DNA of 22,255 nucleotides from a virus. Its lineage: Duplodnaviria; Heunggongvirae; Uroviricota; Caudoviricetes. Shown here piece after piece: positions 14,829 to 22,255 of this stretch. The notes beneath the pieces are model-generated. The model did not search any database. It had not been told where the DNA came from and was given only the letters and a program-made list of their open reading frames with translations. The position numbers and the translations under genes were made by a program. The DNA lies in the IMG/VR virus record IMGVR_UViG_2648501165_000011; one strand, written 5' to 3'. The first letter of the stretch is position 1. Every line of letters begins with the position of its first letter.

Positions 14829-17139
14829 ATTCTTTAGCGAGTAATTCGTGGTTATCAGGCAAAGGCCGCTGCTGTTTGCGGCTCTGTGTCCAGCTCTGCA
14901 TTTCATCACTGCTGTTTTTTGCCTGTTTGTCACGAAGCGAACGCATCAGCGCCCGGCGTTCGTGCCGTTTCAGTGAGCGCATCCATTCGTTCACTTCAAC
15001 GCCGTCAGGGAGCTGCGGCCACGGTGCTGGCCGTTCTTCCGGCTGTTCTGTCCCGTTGTTGTCCGTTTCCTGTACACGGGGACAGTTATTGCCACGAGTC
15101 CAAGGGGCGGCAGGGCCGCCCTGAAGGTCAAAACCATTTTCGCGGGCGCTGTCTTCCGTTTCCGGTTTACGTCTTACCAGTTTCCAGTTATCCGGATGCG
15201 TGCACACACGGGAGGATTCCCCGATGAGTGGTGACCAGATCCCGTAAATCTGTACGCTCTGTTCGCCGTAATCATTCAGCTCATCTGCGAGGTCGTAGGC
15301 GGTGCGAATCAGGTAGTCTTTGCGTGGAACAAGTACGCCGCCCTGTTTTTCAATGTAGGTGGCAAAACACCCGGCATCGGCGGCAGCGAGTACCGCATCC
15401 ATTGCGTCATCTTTCAGTCGTTGCGGGCCTTCCGGGTTGCGTGCCATCTGGCTGGCAAGGCGGCGCAGTTCACGCCACACCTGACGGGAGGGGATGCCAA
15501 AGAACTGGAACTGGCGGACCCGATGAAGGCGCGCCCAGCCGATGGCGCGCTCCACACTCTCGACCATTGATTTTCCGGTTTCGTGGTCAACGCGTGGCTT
15601 GCCCGTTTTCGGGTCGATGCCATCCACGGCGCGGCTGTCCAGGTTCTTTCCGATGTAGGTCGCGATATAGCTGGTTGGTGTGCCTTTTGAGCCGTCGACA
15701 TACTCCGCCTTAAAGCGCGGAGTAATATCATTGCCCAGCTCGTGGCGGTCTTCCTGAATGGCAATATCGCGGGTGATGGCCACGATGCTGTCGATTTCTT
15801 CCGGATGAGCAAAGACCATCATATGCCAGTGCACGGTGCCGTCATGGTGAGGCTCCACCGTGCGGATGCCATACCAGCGAAGACCGTCGCGGTTCAGTTT
15901 TTTGCGGACCGCCGCAAAAAACGTGTTAACCAGGTAATCACTGGAGTCGCGCATGGTGGACCCGTTCCATTTGGGGTTCGGATGACCGTTCTCTGTTGTG
16001 GCGTGGTATTTTGACGGGCAGGTGACAGTCAGAAACACCGCTTTGTCGCCACGGGCTTCGGCCAGAAGTTCCAGCCCCTTCATGGTGGCCATCATTTCTG
16101 CCTTACGGTGAACCGGGTTACTTACTCCCGCGTAATACACCGTCTCGAGATCAAACGTGAACCCGTCTTCATTTTCCAGCATGAAACTTTTCAGGAAATC
16201 GCGTGTTTTCTCGCGCTGTGCGCGAAACTCGCTTAACGCGTCCTGGCTCAGATAGGGCGATGTTTTTCTGGAAACCAGACAGGCGGCGCGGAGTTGTTCT
16301 TCTCTCCACTCGCAACGTAACAGCCACAGTTTGCGTTTCCACCATTCTGCACAGGTCAGGCGAAGGATTGCGCCCGGCAGCAGCTCCGTGTCCGGTTCGT
16401 TCCTCCGGTCTTTGTCTGTTGTCAGTGCGTCATAATGTGGAGGCATGGCGTGCAGGTGTAACGCCATGCGGGCCAGCATCTGATACGCCTTCAGCGTTAC
16501 ATCCATGGTCAGTTCGCCATCGGTCGCGCCAAAGCCATCGCAGAGTTTTTCGAAGGTGCTGCTGAACATCGCCGCCGTCATGGTGGCCAGTGTCTGTATC
16601 TGGTGTTTGTTGAGCTGCGGCAGGTAAAGCAAATCGTCCAAGCGTTCGCGTCCGGCAAGGGAGCGATAACCCTGTGTCAGCCAGCGGTGATCGGTGCGCT
16701 CCAGACGTTCGAATATTTTGCGCAGGTTTCCGCGCGCGTAGCGTTCAGCCTGCCAGCTCTTTTTGCCTTTCTGACGATCGGCTTCCTGTTTTTTGCGCAG
16801 GAAGGAGAGGTGGCGAATAAGCGGATCGCGCAGATAGGACGGCAGCAGGCGCAGCGAGGCCATGGCTTCATCCACCGCGCCGCGTGCCTGTTTTCTGGCA
16901 TCTCCTGCCAGTGTGATGGTTTTGTCCTGTTTTTCCTGTGCGTCCAGGCTTTTATTAATCAGGTTGCCCAGCGGCGTTGCGGAGAACGCCGCATCAGCCA
17001 TTTCCTGGCGGTGCTCGTTCTCTACCCGGTAGGCATCCAGCCAGGAGGAAAGCGCGGATTCAGGAGCGGGGATCCCCGTTCCTTCACGCCCCACTGCGTG
17101 GCGCGGTTGTTGCCAGTCCCTGATGTACTCTGCCGTCAT
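14829..17139 (-). CDS. A: Replication initiation endonuclease (P2 gpA-like, HUH rolling-circle nickase); 3' end interrupted by the N-gap
   Basis: About 770 aa before the gap; HUH-type motif EPHHDGTVHWHMMVF and Tyr-rich active-site region GTPTSYIATYIGKN, typical of P2 gpA-family proteins; ATG 17139. Confidence 0.85.
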
Positions 17140-17145
17140 AGTGAT

Positions 17146-17511
17146 TTACTTCGTCATGCCATTCAGGGTGTCGCGGCAGACTGTAGCCAGCCGCTGAATT
17201 TCCAGCACGGTGTCTTCTGTGTCGGCATGGCGATGTGTGATGCGGATGCTGTCGGCAATCACATCGACGATTGCAGAGGATGGGCGCTGGTAAATGCCAA
17301 TAACGGACGGGGTGCCACCTTCAATGCGGTAAAGCCTGTAATTTCCCTCGTGGCTGTCAATCATGTAGCGACCATCAATAACAATCTTTCCGTCAGCGAG
17401 CTGCGGTACAGGCAGGGATTTCAGGTACATGTCATAACGATCACGCACGCGAGCGGCAAGATCACGTTCTGTGTTGAGCAGGTATTCAAGAAAGTCGTTG
17501 GCGAGAATCAT
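17146..17511 (-). CDS. Hypothetical protein (121 aa) directly upstream of A
   Basis: ORF with AAGAGGA RBS before ATG 17511; compact non-repetitive composition; no motif recognised. Confidence 0.5.
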   Translation of the reverse strand: MILANDFLEYLLNTERDLAARVRDRYDMYLKSLPVPQLADGKIVIDGRYMIDSHEGNYRLYRIEGGTPSVIGIYQRPSSAIVDVIADSIRITHRHADTEDTVLEIQRLATVCRDTLNGMTK

Positions 17512-17583
17512 TGCGGCAATCCTCTTGTTACAGATGTGCGAAGGCCTCCCGCCGCAAGGTGCAGGAAAGGCCCGGAACAGGAG

Positions 17584-17814
17584 TTAATGGAGTTTGTTTT
17601 GCTGCTGGATGAGCTGTTGAAGCTCGTGCAGATCATCCGCCAGATAGCTGAAAACAGAGGCGGAATAAATGTTTGATAGTGCGTGGCTGCGCTCATGCAG
17701 CATATTGATGTGCATGATTTGCGCGACGCGTGATGCGCGGGAAAGTCTGCGGTTGATTTCAGTCTGGATGTGACGACGCTCCGCGATAGCGCGGTGTGGT
17801 TTGCGGTTTGCCAT
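17584..17814 (-). CDS. Hypothetical small basic protein (76 aa)
   Basis: ORF with AAGGGG RBS 7 nt before ATG 17814; helical, Arg/His-rich, no Cys; no family recognised. Confidence 0.4.
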   Translation of the reverse strand: MANRKPHRAIAERRHIQTEINRRLSRASRVAQIMHINMLHERSHALSNIYSASVFSYLADDLHELQQLIQQQNKLH

Positions 17815-17993
17815 GGTGTGGCCCCTTGTGTAGTAAGTTGTGAAAACTCACCATCCAGAGCTGCGAAACTGTGGGTGGCGAGACGTACGAGGTTCGCAGT
17901 ACCGGCTACACAAGAACCCGGCCCGACCGAAGTCGGCCCCGTACGCCCCGCCATAATTCTGACGCGAAAAAAACGTGGCAATACAGTACGCAC

Positions 17994-18014
17994 AAAAAAA
18001 CCGCTGGCGCGGTT
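17994..18014 (-). terminator. Intrinsic-terminator-like hairpin (AACCGC-ggcc/tggc-GCGGTT) followed by U7 on the minus strand, inside the early operon
   Basis: Read on the reverse complement: stem then TTTTTTT; lies in a 320-bp non-coding gap between the 99-aa and 76-aa ORFs. Confidence 0.45.
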
Positions 18015-18136
18015 GTGCGCTTGTGTAGTCAGCAGGCTGCGAAACCCGGCACCCGTTTTGTGAGGTGCAGCGGAAATGTAACCTGACTGATTGCGGCATG
18101 GCAAGCGGTTTTTTTGTGTGTGCATGTTCTGGTTTC

Positions 18137-18436
18137 TTAGTGGTTCAGAAAAAAATCAAAAACCTTGTCAATGCGTTGCAGCAGCTCTTGCTGTATTGCT
18201 TCCGGCGTTTCCGGTTCGCCTGGCGCCTCCAACGTCGCGCAGAAATCCTCGATTTCATGACGGAGCGTCAGGCGAATGGCGAGAGGTGTGGTTCTGGCGT
18301 GCTCCAGCTCATCCAGCAGCGCCAGCACAGCAGACGGCGAGAGCATTGCGCGAAACGCCAGTAATTTTTGAGGCGTTGCCATTCGTTGCAGGTCAGTCGC
18401 CAGTTCGCGTAATTCCTGGTGGTTGATGGCGCTCAT
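18137..18436 (-). CDS. Hypothetical protein (99 aa), acidic/helical
   Basis: ORF whose ATG 18436 overlaps the upstream stop (ATGA coupling); no motif recognised. Confidence 0.5.
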   Translation of the reverse strand: MSAINHQELRELATDLQRMATPQKLLAFRAMLSPSAVLALLDELEHARTTPLAIRLTLRHEIEDFCATLEAPGEPETPEAIQQELLQRIDKVFDFFLNH

Positions 18437-18678
18437 GCTCTGGCTTCCTTCAGTAGCTGGTTAAACATGTTGGTAAGTGGATTGCCGCACCCGAACGGCA
18501 TCGGGTTTATCTGGTAAGAAAAGCGACCGCCTGTTTTGCGCTCTTTTCTTATGACTGAACCGCTGCGCCAGAGTCGGCGTAACTCCGCATTAATGGCTGT
18601 GGTTGGGGTATTCAGTGCTGCGGCGATTTCTCCACCGCTACACCCCGGATTGGCGGCGATATAGTCCAGAATGGTCAT
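18433..18678 (-). CDS. Putative winged-helix DNA-binding protein (81 aa)
   Basis: MTILDYIAANPGCSGGEIAAALNTPTTAINAELRRLWRSGSVIRKER resembles a wHTH (MarR/ArsR-like recognition helix plus wing); translationally coupled to its neighbours. Confidence 0.45.
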   Translation of the reverse strand: MTILDYIAANPGCSGGEIAAALNTPTTAINAELRRLWRSGSVIRKERKTGGRFSYQINPMPFGCGNPLTNMFNQLLKEARA

Positions 18679-18878
18679 CTGCGTGACTCCTGTACCTGTC
18701 GGATAAGGTTCACCCGCACCACATTCGTGGCGCAGAAGTAAGTGCCGTCAGTAAGATAGATGTGATGTGCATCCTTTTCTGAACGGTGTTTGTCGATTGT
18801 GGTAATCAGGCGTTCGTCGACTTCGTATTCACGCCCTCTGGAGGTAAAACGAACGACAGGAAAATGCTTAATTGCCAT
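18675..18878 (-). CDS. Hypothetical protein (67 aa)
   Basis: ORF with AAGGAGG RBS before ATG 18878; no motif recognised. Confidence 0.5.
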   Translation of the reverse strand: MAIKHFPVVRFTSRGREYEVDERLITTIDKHRSEKDAHHIYLTDGTYFCATNVVRVNLIRQVQESRR

Positions 18879-18963
18879 TACGCCTCCTTGGCGTGTGCGA
18901 ATACCTCCGCGAATGCGGATTGTTTTACATTTTCTTATTTAATCTGTGGTTTTATTTGCTCTG

Positions 18964-19077
18964 TTATTCGCCAGTGAAAAAGCGTTCAATCTTTTTTATT
19001 GAATGAATAATTCGCATAATCCCAATAGCGCAGGCCACCGAAATAATTAGAACAAGCCATGAGATAAATATACTCAT
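18964..19077 (-). CDS. Candidate small membrane peptide (37 aa, single TM: MSIFISWLVLIISVACAIGIMRIIHSIKKIERFFTGE)
   Basis: Found by manual translation (below the ORF-track size cutoff); ATG 19077 overlaps the stop of the upstream gene (ATGA). Hydrophobic core followed by a basic tail. Confidence 0.35.
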   Translation of the reverse strand: MSIFISWLVLIISVACAIGIMRIIHSIKKIERFFTGE

Positions 19078-19316
19078 GCGATATTCCCCAGCTTATACGG
19101 TTCAATATGTTCCCCGCACTCTGCGGCACAGATCAGCTCGGAAAGTTCGTTAAGTGCATCCAGATCATCAGCGTAAAAAGCCACGTCATACAGACTTCGG
19201 ATTGCTCTGGTCAATGAGTCACGGGCCGCACGTTCAGCATGAGCGCCTGATGCACTTAAGCGAAAATAAAAACGCTCAAGTGCTTTGTTAATGAGAGTTT
19301 TATATTCTTTGCCCAT
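19074..19316 (-). CDS. Hypothetical protein (about 80 aa)
   Basis: ORF 19074..19319 (first codon GTG, ATG at 19316); helical, no motif recognised. Confidence 0.5.
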   Translation of the reverse strand: MGKEYKTLINKALERFYFRLSASGAHAERAARDSLTRAIRSLYDVAFYADDLDALNELSELICAAECGEHIEPYKLGNIA

Positions 19317-19327
19317 CACAACGCCCT

Positions 19328-19615
19328 TTAATCTGCTTTCTGTATTTCAGCTTCTGAATCCATACAAATAATTTCGATATAGGGTTCATCGCCATTAACC
19401 TGGCGTGCCTTTTCAGCTTCGCTAATGATTTCTCGTACGGTCTGGTACGGAAGTTCCACAAGCAGTCGCGTGCCGTTCAGATAAACGTAAGTGGCTTCGT
19501 CGGCTCCGTTTTTACCCGCCGGAGTTACTCCGTCAATAGCGGATGCACGTAATAACAGTTCACCGCGAAAATCAATAAAACGGATAAATACACCTTGTGC
19601 ATGGTCTTTGGTCAT
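19328..19615 (-). CDS. Hypothetical protein (95 aa)
   Basis: ORF 19328..19729 overlaps the upstream gene; internal ATG 19615 gives a non-overlapping 95-aa product (MTKDHAQGVFIRF...). Confidence 0.45.
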   Translation of the reverse strand: MTKDHAQGVFIRFIDFRGELLLRASAIDGVTPAGKNGADEATYVYLNGTRLLVELPYQTVREIISEAEKARQVNGDEPYIEIICMDSEAEIQKAD

Positions 19616-19625
19616 AAAGCACCTG

Positions 19626-19967
19626 TTATAAATCAGCCTGTTTAATAAAACTTTGCCCGCGAAGCAGACGATCAACCGTGCGAAGTGCTTCGTATAATGT
19701 GAAATCCTGCCCGAACTGATTGTCGCCACTGCTTAGAGCAAAAATGCGGTTTCCGGTAAACGGATTGCGTGGGCATTTGTGGATCACGATTCCAGCTTTC
19801 TCAATCAGCCAGGCATGCTCGCCGATTTGTTTTACTGGGTAGCCATCCGGCGTTGCGTGTGTATCACTCAGGCTGTAGCGGATGTTGCTGCGTGATGCAC
19901 TGGTAGCAAAACGGTTAGCGTGGCGTTCTGCACCATTGCGAAAGCGTGAATTACGTTGCTGTTTCAT
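19626..19967 (-). CDS. Hypothetical early protein (113 aa)
   Basis: ORF directly preceded by a 35-aa ORF (TAAcATG junction); occupies the slot of P2 B / 186 cII-region genes, but I cannot assign it from sequence. Confidence 0.5.
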   Translation of the reverse strand: MKQQRNSRFRNGAERHANRFATSASRSNIRYSLSDTHATPDGYPVKQIGEHAWLIEKAGIVIHKCPRNPFTGNRIFALSSGDNQFGQDFTLYEALRTVDRLLRGQSFIKQADL

Positions 19968-19968
19968 G

Positions 19969-20076
19969 TTAAAGACTCTGTACAGATTTAATTATTCCGG
20001 CATAGAGGCCGAACTCAAAATATTTGCGATTAAATCGCATCGCATTGTTTTCACGTTTTGCGGACTGCTGGTTCAT
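19969..20076 (-). CDS. Candidate small ORF (35 aa, MNQQSAKRENNAMRFNRKYFEFGLYAGIIKSVQSL)
   Basis: Manual translation; GGAGG RBS 9 nt before ATG 20076; stop abuts the next gene's ATG. Confidence 0.3.
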   Translation of the reverse strand: MNQQSAKRENNAMRFNRKYFEFGLYAGIIKSVQSL

Positions 20077-20126
20077 TTTCGTTTGCCTCCGCACATGAGA
20101 ATTGCGCCGCTTAAGAGGTAACCGAA

Positions 20127-20151
20127 GTTAATTGATAGTATTACAATTAAC
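20127..20151. promoter_or_regulatory. Perfect 8-bp inverted repeat GTTAATTG-N9-CAATTAAC in the early-operon spacer
   Basis: Read directly from the sequence; AT-rich palindrome typical of a dimeric DNA-binding-protein site. Confidence 0.35.
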
Positions 20152-20219
20152 ATAAGGTCCAATTTGTCCATGCCACACATAATTACCCTCATTGCAGTAG
20201 TTGTGGGTTGTCAGGTTTC

Positions 20220-20426
20220 TCACCCGATAAACCAGATAACAAACGCTATAAACATCGCCCCAATAGCTGCCGGGAAAAGTCCTTTGGTATAAGCGGCGAT
20301 ATATTCAATGCTGAGTTCAATAAAGCGTTCTTCATGTCCCGTTAACTTGCGAAACAAATAGATCTCTATTACGCCTATCTCAATAAAAACAAGGGTCAGA
20401 ATGGCGCTGATGATATGGCTGGTCAT
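20220..20426 (-). CDS. Small membrane protein (68 aa, 2 predicted TM), positional analogue of P2 orf78
   Basis: ORF directly after cox; two hydrophobic stretches (IISAILTLVFIEIGVIEIYLF and LFPAAIGAMFIAFVIWFIG). Confidence 0.5.
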   Translation of the reverse strand: MTSHIISAILTLVFIEIGVIEIYLFRKLTGHEERFIELSIEYIAAYTKGLFPAAIGAMFIAFVIWFIG

Positions 20427-20432
20427 TTATGA

Positions 20433-20720
20433 CTAAAGTCCCAGCCACAACAACCATGCGTCGCGGCGTTCTTTCGGTTGCTCAAAAAACGCTTTGCGCA
20501 TGCCTTCGTTAAATGCTGGCAGATATACCCAGTTTTCTGATGCACGCGTCTTTACTGAACCTGGTTTCACAAAGTCAATTGTCGGTAGCTTTGCTGCGTC
20601 AATCATGGTTCTGACTGTGGATTCCTTGCGGCCGATCATCTTGGCGAATAGTTGATATGGCACCGCTTCAAGTGGATATGGTGCTACCTGAATGAACCCC
20701 CCAAGCTCTGATTCGCTCAT
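20433..20720 (-). CDS. cox: Cox-like excisionase / early-lytic repressor
   Basis: 95 aa; AVPYQLFAKMIGRKESTVRTMIDAAKLPTIDF...NWVYLPAFNEGMRKAF...RRDAWLLWLGL parallels the remembered P2 Cox (IPYQEFAKLIGKSTGAVRRMIDKGKLPVID...YWVYLPAWNNG...IRDGWLMWLGL). Divergent from C; GGGAGA RBS. Confidence 0.85.
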   Translation of the reverse strand: MSESELGGFIQVAPYPLEAVPYQLFAKMIGRKESTVRTMIDAAKLPTIDFVKPGSVKTRASENWVYLPAFNEGMRKAFFEQPKERRDAWLLWLGL

Positions 20721-20833
20721 TGTGGTAATCTCCCTAATTCGTTCGAATGGCTCAAAATGGCTTATATCGGCTTATTTGAGTGTTTTTATGTTTGTGCCCG
20801 ATGTGGCATGTTGCGATGGAGGATATGCCCGAT
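20721..20833. promoter_or_regulatory. cox/C developmental switch region (early-lytic and repressor promoters and operators)
   Basis: 113-bp spacer between divergent cox and C; contains three GGCT(C/T)A direct repeats at 10-bp phasing (20750, 20760, 20770) and a 15-nt direct repeat TGCCCGAT(G/A)TGGCAT at 20795..20809 and 20826..20840, the second overlapping the C start codon. Confidence 0.6.
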
Positions 20834-21154
20834 ATGGCATCTTTGTCAAGCATGGGTGAAAAATTTCGCCTGATTCGTGAAGCAGAAGGTATGACCCGCC
20901 AGGAGTTTGCGGATTGTGTTGGGCTGCCTTATGGGACGGTAACTAACTATGAGGTGAGGGGGAAGCAAGTAACAGAGGGTGCCTTACTTAAGGTTACGAA
21001 ACACCCTAAATTTAAGAAGTATGCTTATTGGTTATCAACAGATGAAACGATGCCGGAGGTCGGGCAAATTTCTCCGGCTCTCTCTCTTGATGGTTCCTGC
21101 AATTCGGAGGGAGATCGCGTTTCAACCGAAACAATCCAAAAATTATCCCGCTGA
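20834..21154 (+). CDS. C: Immunity repressor (P2 C-like, HTH)
   Basis: ORF 20780..21154; likely start ATG 20834, 10 nt after GGAGGA. EKFRLIREAEGMTRQEFADCVGLPYGTVTNYE...KFKKYAYWLSTDETMPEVGQISPAL parallels the remembered P2 C (EKIVLMRKSEYLSRQQLADLTGVPYGTLSYYE...QFTKYTLWFMTNQIAPESGQIAPAL). Confidence 0.8.
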   Translation: MASLSSMGEKFRLIREAEGMTRQEFADCVGLPYGTVTNYEVRGKQVTEGALLKVTKHPKFKKYAYWLSTDETMPEVGQISPALSLDGSCNSEGDRVSTETIQKLSR

Positions 21155-21250
21155 GGCCAGAAAACTGGTTAGACCTGCTTTTTGTCTGGTCTGATTATTG
21201 CTGGAAAGAGGCTGGAGAAATTGTAGAGCGGTTCATTGGAGGGCTTCGTA

Positions 21251-22255
21251 ATGTCGATTAAGAAGCTCGAAGATGGTCGTTATTTGCTGGACATCAGGCC
21301 GAACGGACGCAAGGGAAAGCGCGTGCGTAAGGTATTTGACAAAAAATCGGTAGCGGTGGCCACTGAACGCTACATCATGGCGAACGCTGAAAAGCGGGAA
21401 TATATACAGGGCTACCGTGATCGTCGAACGCTAAATGATTTGCTTGAGTTGTGGTGGATGTATCACGGCCAGCACAGGCGTAAGGCGGAAGAAGACCGAA
21501 AACAACTGCGCAACATAATCAATGAGCTTGGCGCTGATATGCAGGCTGTGGATCTTGATAAGCTGAAAATTATCGCGTGGCGTTCTCAAAAGATAGCTGA
21601 AGGATTGAAACCGTCATCTGCTAACAGGTACATGAATCGGTTATCCGGAATGTTTTCCGTGCTGAAAAAAATAGGTCTTTGGGATGCAGAACATCCAGTA
21701 AGGGGAATTTCTATTCTTTATGTATCTCCACGAGAAATGGCGTTCCTGTCACAGAAGGAAGTGGCGCTATTGCTCGATACACTGGAGGGCGACTACTGGC
21801 GTGTTGCGCTTTTGTGTTTAAGCACAGGGGCGCGCTGGAGTGAAGCTTGTAAGCTTCGTGGTGAACAGATAGTTCATAACCGTGTAACGTTTCTTGAAAC
21901 CAAAAATGGCCGGAAGAGAACAGTGCCAATTTCGCAGGCAGTTTGTGAGGCGATCAAAACCAGAGAAACAGGCGGCTTGTTTGAGGTGAAGTACCGGGAA
22001 TTCTGCCTGGCGCTGAAAAGAGTTAAGCCCGATTTACCAAAAGGCCAGGCTGCACATGTGCTGCGGCATACGTTCGCCAGCCATTTTGTGATGAACGGAG
22101 GAAACATTATTGCGCTTCAGAAGATTCTTGGTCACGCAACCATTCAGCAAACAATGGCATATGCGCATTTTGCACCGGATTACCTGCAGGATGCGGTGGC
22201 CCTTAATCCGCTGAAAGGTGGCGTAAGTGTCCACGCAGTGTCCACGGGGGATTAA
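21251..22255 (+). CDS. int: Tyrosine integrase (P2 Int-like)
   Basis: ORF 21236..22255; ATG 21251 lies 8 nt after GGAGGG (MSIKKLEDGRYLLDIRPNGRKGKR...). Catalytic-domain motifs LSTGARWSEA, HVLRHTFASHF, LGHATIQQTMAYAHFAPDYLQDA include the conserved Arg, His-x-x-Arg and Tyr; stop is the last codon of the window. Confidence 0.9.
   Translation: MSIKKLEDGRYLLDIRPNGRKGKRVRKVFDKKSVAVATERYIMANAEKREYIQGYRDRRTLNDLLELWWMYHGQHRRKAEEDRKQLRNIINELGADMQAVDLDKLKIIAWRSQKIAEGLKPSSANRYMNRLSGMFSVLKKIGLWDAEHPVRGISILYVSPREMAFLSQKEVALLLDTLEGDYWRVALLCLSTGARWSEACKLRGEQIVHNRVTFLETKNGRKRTVPISQAVCEAIKTRETGGLFEVKYREFCLALKRVKPDLPKGQAAHVLRHTFASHFVMNGGNIIALQKILGHATIQQTMAYAHFAPDYLQDAVALNPLKGGVSVHAVSTGD

Noticed and set aside
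16603-17676. 357-aa plus-strand ORF antisense to gene A
   Set aside because: Shadow ORF within A; no RBS and implausible composition.
17917-17940. Short hairpin CCGAC-cgaa-GTCGG in the non-coding island
   Set aside because: Only a 5-bp stem with mismatched flanks; too weak to call a discrete element, so it is mentioned only as part of the island.
17508-18125. 205-aa minus-strand ORF spanning the non-coding island
   Set aside because: Ser/Thr/Arg-rich low-complexity translation, overlaps the well-supported 76-aa gene in another frame, has no RBS and runs through the terminator hairpin; treated as a chance ORF in GC-rich DNA.
1-22255. CRISPR arrays, tRNA/rRNA genes, IS elements or transposases
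   Set aside because: No array of regularly spaced identical repeats, no cloverleaf-compatible tRNA-like segment that I could see by eye, and no transposase-like ORF; the integrase is the only recombinase. The attachment site should lie just beyond the window end and cannot be assessed.

Overview
This window is about 22 kb of a P2-like (Peduovirus-type) temperate phage or prophage from an enterobacterial host, inverted relative to the canonical P2 map. All calls rest on reading the six-frame translations and the raw sequence, and on recalled family resemblance; no searches were run. From the start, the minus strand carries the tail fibre H (N-terminal part, running off the window), baseplate genes I, J, W and V, tail completion genes S and R, a lysis cassette (Rz/Rz1-like spanins, an M15-peptidase-type endolysin, a holin), X, L, terminase subunit M, capsid N and scaffold O. 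Terminase P and portal Q follow divergently on the plus strand. The variable region between Q and replication gene A, where P2 carries old/tin, instead holds an Ead/Ea22-like gene bracketed by matching palindromes and a complete ParM/ParR partition cassette with a two-site palindromic centromere-like region. That partition cassette is the most unusual content for an integrase-encoding P2-like element. A 34-nt N run (14795..14828) interrupts the 3' end of gene A. The rest is an early operon of small unknown ORFs, including predicted small membrane peptides and a roughly 320-bp repeat-rich non-coding island, then cox, the cox/C switch, repressor C and a complete tyrosine integrase ending at the window edge. 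No rRNA, tRNA, CRISPR array or IS element was seen.
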